A DNA stretch of 58,587 nt from a virus (Duplodnaviria; Caudoviricetes), in the IMG/VR virus record IMGVR_UViG_3300024259_000036, positions 1-58,587 of that record; one strand, written 5' to 3'. The first letter of the stretch is position 1. Each line of letters begins with the position of its first letter. Below, piece after piece: positions 50,847 to 58,587 of the stretch. The notes beneath the pieces were generated by a model. It did not search any database, was not told the DNA's origin, and saw only the letters and a program-made list of their open reading frames with translations. A program made the translations under genes and the position numbers.

Positions 50847-53051
50847 GTGAGTGAAATAGAATTGAGTGATAATGCAAAAAGAATATTTGAGAATTTATAT
50901 TCCTTTCAAGATGAATCAATAGATGAAACATTTAAAAGAGTTGCAAAGGAATTCGCCACTAATACACAAGAAGAGGAGATAGCATACAACCTCTTAAAAA
51001 ATAATATATGGCGTCCAAATACTCCTGTATTTCTTAATGCTAATACAAAACATAAAGTCTTTTCAGCATGTTATGTAGTGTCCCTAGAAGATAGCATGGA
51101 AAGCATATATGAAGTAGCAAATGTGGCAAGAAAAATATTCCAGTTTGGAAGTGGTATAGGTATACCTATAGGAAACCTTAGAGAATCTAATGCTTATATC
51201 TATGAAGGTGATAAATCAAAAGCACCAGAAGGGAAATCCTCCGGTCCAATTACCTTTATGAAACTATACGATGCAGTGGGTGAAACAACCAAATCAGGTG
51301 GAAGAGTTAGACGAGCAGCAATCCTCTGTGCCCTTCCCATTTGGCATCCTGATATAATGGAATTTATCAATTGTAAAGAGGAAGATGGTAGACTATCTAA
51401 TATGAATATATCCGTTTCCATTACTGATAAGTTTATGGAAGCATTGAATGATGATATATCATTTGATCTATTCTCCCCTTCAGATGGAAAGAAAGTAGGG
51501 GATATAGAAGCATATGAACTATGGGATAGACTAGCTTATATGAATTGGAAGTCAGCGGACCCAGGTATCTTATTCATTGATACCATTAATAAGTTTAACC
51601 CTTTAAAGAAGAAATTCCTTATTGAATCCCCTAACCCGTGCGGTGAGCAACCCTTAATCCCTTTCTCCTGTTGTAATCTATCTGCTTTAAACATTCAGAA
51701 GTTTATTAAAGATGGGGAGATGGATTGGGAAGGATTAAGAAAGGAATCTGAAACAATAACAATCTTGATGGATAACATAATAGATATAATGGATTATCCT
51801 GATGAAAAATTTGAAAAAAATAGTAAAGATTATAGACAGATAGGTGTTGGTATAATGGGCCTATCAGATGCTATGTTTGAATTGGATATTAAGTATGATA
51901 GTCCAAGAGGTAAAGAATTTGCTGGTAAAGTAATGGAGTATGTTACATTAGGTTCATTATATCAAAGTTCTTTATTGGCAAAAGAAAAAGGAGCATTCCA
52001 TGACTATGAAACCTTTAGAGAGGATATGCAAGAAGTTGTAGAATCCTTAATAGATGATAGTGATGTCATTGATCACATTAAAGAATATGGATTAAGAAAC
52101 TCCCAACATACTACTTGCCAACCTACAGGTACAACTGCCATATCATGTGATACTTCATATGGTATAGAGCCTTGTTTTGGTTTGGTATTTCAAAAGAACT
52201 TGATTGATGGTTCTACCATGTATTTTGTTAATAAGATTTTTGAGGAGAGATTTCAGAATGAACCATGGTATACTGATGATTTACTTGATAAAATCTTCAA
52301 TAATGGTGGCTCCCTTAAAAGTATTAGAGGTATACCTAAAGAGGTTAGAGAAGTATTTGTTACTGCACATGATATAAAACCTAAAGATAGAATAGATGTT
52401 CAATCATCATTACAAAAACATTGTAGTACAGCAATCAGTAGTACCATTAACTTACCTGAACAAACCACTAAAGAGGAAATTTCAGAGTTATACAAATATG
52501 CTTATGAAAAGGGTTTGAAGGGTATAACAGTTTATAGGGATGGAAGTAAGAAAAATCAACCTGTAACCTTTTCACCTAAAAAGGATCCAACTGAATTCAT
52601 AAGACCATCAAAGTTATCTGCTGATGTATTTAAGATTGGTACAGGTAATGGAACCTTATATACAACAGTTAGTTCATCTAATGGTAAGCCAATGGAATTA
52701 TTCCTTCAAATTGGTAAGTCTGGACAAGTGATGAACACTTTATCGGAGGCTGTGGGTAGATTAACCTCTGTTGCATTACAAGGTGGTGTACCTGTAAAAT
52801 CTATAGTAAAGACATTGATAGGTATTAATAGTGATAAACCTGTATGGAATAGAATAGATGAAAATGATTTAAAACCCACACAGATATTGAGTATTCCTGA
52901 TGGGTTGGCACAATTATTGGATAGGTATTATAGTGATAATGCTTTTAATGGTAAAAGTTCAGAAGCGGAGAAATGTCCTGAATGTGGTATGTCCATTATG
53001 ATGATAGAGGGGTGTAGCACTTGCACATGCGGGTATAGTAAATGTGGGTAA
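50847..53051 (+). CDS. nrdJ: Class II (B12-dependent) ribonucleotide reductase with TSCPD domain
   Basis: PNTP, SAC, NPCGE..CNL, PTGT, GIEP, KGITVYRDGS, C-terminal Zn ribbon. Confidence 0.93.
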   Translation: MSEIELSDNAKRIFENLYSFQDESIDETFKRVAKEFATNTQEEEIAYNLLKNNIWRPNTPVFLNANTKHKVFSACYVVSLEDSMESIYEVANVARKIFQFGSGIGIPIGNLRESNAYIYEGDKSKAPEGKSSGPITFMKLYDAVGETTKSGGRVRRAAILCALPIWHPDIMEFINCKEEDGRLSNMNISVSITDKFMEALNDDISFDLFSPSDGKKVGDIEAYELWDRLAYMNWKSADPGILFIDTINKFNPLKKKFLIESPNPCGEQPLIPFSCCNLSALNIQKFIKDGEMDWEGLRKESETITILMDNIIDIMDYPDEKFEKNSKDYRQIGVGIMGLSDAMFELDIKYDSPRGKEFAGKVMEYVTLGSLYQSSLLAKEKGAFHDYETFREDMQEVVESLIDDSDVIDHIKEYGLRNSQHTTCQPTGTTAISCDTSYGIEPCFGLVFQKNLIDGSTMYFVNKIFEERFQNEPWYTDDLLDKIFNNGGSLKSIRGIPKEVREVFVTAHDIKPKDRIDVQSSLQKHCSTAISSTINLPEQTTKEEISELYKYAYEKGLKGITVYRDGSKKNQPVTFSPKKDPTEFIRPSKLSADVFKIGTGNGTLYTTVSSSNGKPMELFLQIGKSGQVMNTLSEAVGRLTSVALQGGVPVKSIVKTLIGINSDKPVWNRIDENDLKPTQILSIPDGLAQLLDRYYSDNAFNGKSSEAEKCPECGMSIMMIEGCSTCTCGYSKCG

Positions 53052-53225
53052 TGATTGATGATAATTGTGAATTAGAAATTGTGAAGATAATAAATGTAAG
53101 TGGTGATACCTTAACTGATACAAGTAATAATAAATATAATATAGAAAAGGCTAAATATATATGGAAAAAAGGTGTACCTATGGATAATCCTGAGTATATC
53201 CAAAGACATTTATTGGAGGAAGAAA

Positions 53226-53561
53226 ATGGGAATTAGAAATTTTATTAAGGAAAGTGAACAACAAAATTATAATATCAAGCAACTAACTGAACAAAAAACT
53301 GGTGCGGAAATAGCAAGAGAACTTGGTATTACAAGACAAGCAGTATCAGGCGCATTAAAACGAGCAATGAAAAAAGTTTATAAGGAAACCAGAGCATTAG
53401 ATAAAACTTGGGGTCCTTTTGAAACTGCCACTGTTATGAGTATGATTTTTAATGTGGGTGATGATGATATGAGTAAATTCGTTAGATTGTTTCCACCTGA
53501 TATTAGAAAGGAAATTGAAGAAGATGGAAAAAAACTTATGGTTGGAAGACTTGGAAAATAA
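53226..53561 (+). CDS. HTH DNA-binding protein
   Basis: TGAEIARELGITRQAVS..LKRAM. Confidence 0.8.
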   Translation: MGIRNFIKESEQQNYNIKQLTEQKTGAEIARELGITRQAVSGALKRAMKKVYKETRALDKTWGPFETATVMSMIFNVGDDDMSKFVRLFPPDIRKEIEEDGKKLMVGRLGK

Positions 53562-53722
53562 CACTCCTTTATGTATTGATTGTTTCCAATGTAAAATAAA
53601 GAATAACAAAGTATTCTGCAAATATAAATATTTTACTGACATGAATTATAGAGATGTTTCATTATTCACCCCGTTTGATTTTGACTGCTGGAGAGGGTCT
53701 TTTTATGATGATGAATAAAAAA

Positions 53723-53800
53723 TAGGAGGACAGGGTTTGGCCACCTTGGTTAGTGCCGATACACTAACCTTACTCCTAACAAATAAACCTTATCGGAGGT
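53723..53800 (+). promoter_or_regulatory. Structured 5' leader with pseudoknot over the RBS
   Basis: Three-way junction; loop CCGATA complementary to TATCGG overlapping GGAGG. Confidence 0.6.
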
Positions 53801-53807
53801 AAAAGTT

Positions 53808-54605
53808 ATGAAGATATGTTGGGATAATTTAGAGAAGTTAAGGTATAATAAAGAAAAAGGTAAGTGGTATAATAAAAATGGTTCTTCTCATATTTATAAA
53901 GAATCGTGTGCAGTTTGTCACGAACCGTTTTTAACACAACCGAATAGTAAAGGTTATTATTGTTCTATTAATTGCGCAGGTGTAGGATATAATACAAAAG
54001 AAAGAAAACGAAAAAAATCTGAAAGTCAAAAGGGTGAGAATAATAGTAATTGGAAAGGAAAATTATGGGAAAAACATATACCCTTATATGATACATATGC
54101 ACCTCAGATAGAATGGTGTGAAGAAGTTAGAAGAGGTCCAATTGATAGAAATATACTAGAAGTAAAATGTTTTAAATGTGGTAGATGGTATATACCTAAA
54201 GATTATACAGTCAATAGTAGGTCACAATATCTCAAAGGTAATTATAATTATGAATCACATTTTTATTGTTCTAACGAATGTAAAGATTCCTGTTCTATAT
54301 ATGGCAAAACACCTGAACAAATAATGAAAGAAGATGCAGTAAGAGTAGGAAGATTACAATGGTTAAAACTAGACAGAGAAGTCCAACCCCAATTAAAAAA
54401 ATTAGTATTAGAAAGAGATAATTATCAATGTGTTAAATGTAATAATACTAATTCCCTCCACTGCCACCACATATATCCCGTATCAAGTAATCCAATAGAA
54501 TCAGCAGATATTGACAATTGTATAACTTTGTGTTATACTTGTCATAATGAAGTGCATAAAAAAGATGGATGTAGGTATGGTCAATTAAAAATGGAGATAT
54601 GTTAA
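53808..54605 (+). mobile_element. HNH homing endonuclease (paralog of 49305)
   Basis: MKICWDN, IPLYDTYAPQ, REVQP, LHCHHI, DNC.TLC..CH. Confidence 0.88.
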
Positions 54606-55627
54606 TGATAACTTTAGATGTGATGCATGAATTTTGTTATCAATATATGGAAGGTGTTAAATTATCCAAAAATAATTCCCATGTCTTGGCTAGATGTCCT
54701 CTATGCGGGGACTCCAAAAAATCTTTATCAAAGAAACGCTTCAATATGGATTTTAATTCCGGTCAACCAATATATCACTGCTGGAATTGTACCGAATCAG
54801 GTTCCTTTCTTACCCTTTACTCCAATCTCAAGGGTCTGTCCATATCCCAATCCCTCAAAGAACTGAACTCTTATGATCCTGATTACTTGATACAAAAACT
54901 TTCCAAGAAAAAGGAAGAAAAGATAATCCAGGAAATTGAGTATGAGTATCACGACTATATACTGAAAGACTGTATATCAGCAACAGAAACAGTTGATGGA
55001 TATATGAAGGCTATGTATCAGAAAGAACTAAAGAAATTCATAAGAGATAGAAAATTATCCATTAAAGTGTTTGTAGCCTATAAGGGAGAATACCAGAGAA
55101 GATTTATAATACCTATATATAATGATGGACATATAGTATATTTCCAAGCTAGAGCAATGATAGATGAAGTTCTTCCTAAGTATATGAACCCTACACTAAC
55201 TAAAGGTAATATAATATATAATAAGGATAATTTCCATAAGAATAAGCATATAGTTATATGTGAAGGATTGATAGATGCAGCAACAATAGGCAAGCAAGGT
55301 ACAGCATGCTTGGGTAGTGAGATATCTAAGGACTTTATAAATGAGGTGACACAACTAACTAATAAGGGGTTAATAATATGTTTGGATAATGATAAGGCTG
55401 GATTGAAATCTGTAATCAAGTTAATTGATAGTAATAATATACCTTCTAACACCAAGTTTTTTCTTTTCCCATATAAATACGGTAAATATAGTGATATTAA
55501 TGAATTTTTCGTGAATGAAAACATAAATAATATATATAATTTTGTGAAAGAGAATTCATACTCAAGTACCACTACTTATACTAAATTGAAGATGGATAAA
55601 TGGAGACAGAAAATATTAAATGTTTAA
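54605..55627 (+). CDS. DNA primase (gp61-like)
   Basis: RCPLCGDS..CWNC, IIP, FQAR, KY, EG.IDA, LDND.AG, DIN. Confidence 0.92.
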   Translation: MITLDVMHEFCYQYMEGVKLSKNNSHVLARCPLCGDSKKSLSKKRFNMDFNSGQPIYHCWNCTESGSFLTLYSNLKGLSISQSLKELNSYDPDYLIQKLSKKKEEKIIQEIEYEYHDYILKDCISATETVDGYMKAMYQKELKKFIRDRKLSIKVFVAYKGEYQRRFIIPIYNDGHIVYFQARAMIDEVLPKYMNPTLTKGNIIYNKDNFHKNKHIVICEGLIDAATIGKQGTACLGSEISKDFINEVTQLTNKGLIICLDNDKAGLKSVIKLIDSNNIPSNTKFFLFPYKYGKYSDINEFFVNENINNIYNFVKENSYSSTTTYTKLKMDKWRQKILNV

Positions 55628-55639
55628 AGGAGATTATTA

Positions 55640-56113
55640 ATGCGTATAACAGAAATAGGTTCAGATTTTATAACTATAACAGAAGATAATTTGTATGATG
55701 AAGATTTGAGAAGTATTCCAAGAGTTCATCTTATCAAGTTGGCATTTTTCAACCCTAATGAAGAGAAAGTCAAGAAGGTTCTATCCTTCTACCCTAAGAC
55801 TAATAGATTTATTATTAACGATAACATACGAACATATAACTATATACTTAAATGGACTAATAAGAAGTATTATATACAGAACAGAGAAGGTGTAGGTCTC
55901 ATATCCTTCTTCAGGAAAAATAATAAAGTTTTATTAGATTTCGCAAAGCTATCAGCCTATGAGGCTCATTTCGTGTTGAATTATTGTTTTGAGGATGTAT
56001 TAAAAAACCTGGAGGTTATTATTATCAATAAAAATATATTTGATGAAAAGGAAGAAATATTAAAACTTTGGAATGGTAATGTCATATTGAATAATGAGGG
56101 AAATGTTATCTAA
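55640..56113 (+). CDS. Hypothetical protein
   Basis: ORF with AGGAG RBS. Confidence 0.6.
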   Translation: MRITEIGSDFITITEDNLYDEDLRSIPRVHLIKLAFFNPNEEKVKKVLSFYPKTNRFIINDNIRTYNYILKWTNKKYYIQNREGVGLISFFRKNNKVLLDFAKLSAYEAHFVLNYCFEDVLKNLEVIIINKNIFDEKEEILKLWNGNVILNNEGNVI

Positions 56114-56922
56114 TGATATTAGTTTTTGGTCCTTATGTAGGTTCATTTGAGCAAGAAATACTCACCTTTAGACCATATATAACATGGATGCGCAAAGTCT
56201 TACACTATGACAAGACTTATGTTAATACCCATTTCAATAGGAAATTCCTATATGATGATATAAATGATAATGAATTACTCCCAATTTGGAAATATTTATC
56301 AAGGGATGAATTGGGACAGAAGGGTTATATACATAGTTCTTTAACATTAAAGGAATATGGTGGATACATTAAGGAATTGAAAACTACTATATCCGAACGG
56401 GAGAATTGTTCTAAAAAAAATATAGACATAAGGAATATCAATTATACCAAGTCAATCATACAATATCCTGTATATAATAAAATATTTGACAGTATAAGTA
56501 CAAAAAGTATAAATATACCAGATGAACTAAAAAACAGAAATATTTTCATACCTTATGGTACAGAGGATAGAACTGATTTTTATAAACATTTAAAGGATGA
56601 GTATGATTTCATTGTTATAGGTGATATGTCTACATCTTTAACAAGTGAGAATAAGATCCTTGAATATATTGATTATTTTGAAAATGGTTGGGAATATATA
56701 ATAGGTGCTATAACACATGCTAAAGTTGTAGTATGTCCTATAAGTTATTGGACTGCTGTATGTAATTTACAGAAGGTTCCTGTATTCTCATGGGGGGATA
56801 ACCCTGGTCAATACAGAAAAGGTGGAATATATTATTTTAATAATAAAAAGTCAATGATACTACCTGATATAAATGTAAAGCCTTTTTTACCTGACTTTTT
56901 AAATACTGTTGAAGGGGAGTGA
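56113..56922 (+). CDS. Hypothetical protein, possibly glycosyltransferase-like
   Basis: GPYVGSF..E N-terminus; S.W..CNL..VP.FSWG C-terminus. Confidence 0.4.
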   Translation: MILVFGPYVGSFEQEILTFRPYITWMRKVLHYDKTYVNTHFNRKFLYDDINDNELLPIWKYLSRDELGQKGYIHSSLTLKEYGGYIKELKTTISERENCSKKNIDIRNINYTKSIIQYPVYNKIFDSISTKSINIPDELKNRNIFIPYGTEDRTDFYKHLKDEYDFIVIGDMSTSLTSENKILEYIDYFENGWEYIIGAITHAKVVVCPISYWTAVCNLQKVPVFSWGDNPGQYRKGGIYYFNNKKSMILPDINVKPFLPDFLNTVEGE

Positions 56923-57165
56923 CATAATGAAATTCAAGGATTATTTAACTGAAATGACATGTAAATATACCCGTAAACAGAAAGAAAATCTATCACATGT
57001 TATACTTAATATATTGATGGACCCTAATGCTGCTAAACTATTAAAGAAAGTTAAGGCTACTGCTGATAAGGAGAATGTAATAATTACTAAACAAGAAGCT
57101 GAAGCAATGTTAAGTAATTTAAAGAAAATAAGGCAACTGGTTATAGATTTACCTATGGAAGAAGA

Positions 57166-57492
57166 ATGAAAGGATTAGAAGGTATAACTAAAATAATAAT
57201 AGGTGCTATTATAGTTGCCATGCTTAGTTGGGGTACATGGGTAACTGTTGGTGTATTCACTATAGAGGATATAACTGTTTGTGCTGCTGAGAACAAGGAA
57301 AAGATTGAAGTTAAATCTGGTGCTTTACAGAAGCAGATTAATACAAGAATGAACAAACAAGATGCAAAACTTGATGGTTTGAAGAGGGATATGAATACAA
57401 GGATGGATAAACAAGAAAAAAAGATGGACAAATCAGGTGATAAACTTGATAAGATTATGATAATGATTTTAGATTTACACAAGGAGAAATAA
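57166..57492 (+). CDS. Membrane-anchored coiled-coil protein
   Basis: N-terminal TM helix, repeated NTRM.KQ. Confidence 0.55.
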   Translation: MKGLEGITKIIIGAIIVAMLSWGTWVTVGVFTIEDITVCAAENKEKIEVKSGALQKQINTRMNKQDAKLDGLKRDMNTRMDKQEKKMDKSGDKLDKIMIMILDLHKEK

Positions 57493-57876
57493 TTATGCAA
57501 ACAGAAGATAAATTAAACAGTATTTATGAAGGAATGTTGAATGAAGCCCCAGGTAAAGGATTCACTCTTACTTGTAATAAATGCAATGCGGAAGTTCAAT
57601 TGATTAAAAAGAATAAAGTCACTGGTAAGGATATTGAGGTTTATGCGGAAGCGGAAGAACATGAAGATGGTTATTCTTTCGGTATTTTAACTATGAGATG
57701 TAAAAAATGTAAAAATTCTTGGGAATATGATGAATCATATGATTAAACTATTGATAATTATGTTATTGTGTGTTATAATGGTTGGATGTATTGAACATAA
57801 ACGACAAAGTGTTACTATACACAATCAAATTGAAATACCAGTTGATAATCAAGGAATATAAAGGAGGAAATTGTTA

Positions 57877-58146
57877 ATGCCGTTATTTGAATATAGATGC
57901 AACCTGTGTAATAATGTTGATGAACGACTAGAATTCGGAACAGAAATGGAAGCAGATCATTACTGTTCCTTATGCGAGGGGCTAGCTTCCCGAATAGTAT
58001 CCCAATGTAAGTTTGAATTGAAATATAATAATAAAACAGATTTATGTTCATGGGGGTCAGAGGGGTATGCTAGTTCTCACTATTGGGATGAATATAAAGC
58101 AGCAAGAGGAAGAGGGGAGAATGTTAAACCTGCTGGGGAGGATTGA
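57877..58146 (+). CDS. FmdB-family zinc ribbon protein
   Basis: MPLFEYRC..C..CSLC..RIVS. Confidence 0.75.
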   Translation: MPLFEYRCNLCNNVDERLEFGTEMEADHYCSLCEGLASRIVSQCKFELKYNNKTDLCSWGSEGYASSHYWDEYKAARGRGENVKPAGED

Positions 58147-58430
58147 TGAAATTACGATATTATTTAACTGAAAGTATGTCAAGGTATTGTGAGATATATC
58201 TGGCTAAGAATAAAAAGTGGTATTTGGAACTTGCTAATAATGAATATGGTGAACGAGAGGATGCGGTTACTTATGGTCCCTTTAAGAGTGAGGCTGCTGC
58301 GGAGGATTATATAGATAATTTTTCTAATCCTGGTGGCTGGGGTACTGATGATTCAGGTTTAACTGCTACACCTAAGAAAAGTCCTAATGGAAGTCCTATT
58401 CAAAGACCTAGTAAAAGGCGTGGATGGTAA
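58143..58430 (+). CDS. Hypothetical protein, possible internal head protein
   Basis: MKLRYYLTE N-terminus; YGPF..NPGG. Confidence 0.55.
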   Translation: MMKLRYYLTESMSRYCEIYLAKNKKWYLELANNEYGEREDAVTYGPFKSEAAAEDYIDNFSNPGGWGTDDSGLTATPKKSPNGSPIQRPSKRRGW

Positions 58431-58587
58431 GGAGGATTAAAATGGATATACAAGAAAAGATTGAAAAACATTTAGATGAGAAGAAGGGCGTTGCTCCAGA
58501 AGTAAATGAAAGAAAATTAAGTGTTTATTGTTTCATGAATTTAGAAGTTATAGTACCATATAACAGTAAAAGTCTTGAAACAATAAA

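Noticed and set aside
50847-53051. Intein or intron in RNR
   Set aside because: Length and motif spacing are normal; no intein motifs seen.
1-58587. Stop-codon reassignment
   Set aside because: Conserved genes are intact in code 11, TAA/TAG/TGA all terminate genes, and no suppressor tRNA was found.

Overview
AT-rich segment of a large lytic dsDNA phage with T4-like features: sliding clamp, clamp loader, gp32, RNase H, primase, TATAAATA late promoters and GTTTAC-type early promoters. Genes run on the minus strand up to about 13.5 kb and on the plus strand after about 14 kb, around a GC-richer non-coding repeat region that may be an origin or genome end. The left arm has a GH108 endolysin start, a Ro60/TROVE gene preceded by three Y-RNA-like elements, and what looks like a complete ubiquitin-like conjugation operon (Ubl, E2-like, E1/ThiF, JAB) directly after the sliding clamp gene. 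The right arm has a 29-gene tRNA array covering all 20 amino acids; several tRNAs have non-canonical architecture or rare anticodons. The array is preceded by a leader-peptide attenuator whose 29 codons sample 26 different codons. The right arm also carries RNA ligase 2, a cyclic-phosphate receiver domain, a stand-alone PgpH-like HD domain, NAD-dependent ligase, tmRNA, thymidylate synthase, class II RNR and many homing endonucleases. The strongest novelty candidates are the codon-sampling attenuator on the tRNA array, the phage-encoded Ubl conjugation operon, and the Ro60/triple Y RNA locus. All calls come from manual motif and base-pairing inspection; no searches were run.
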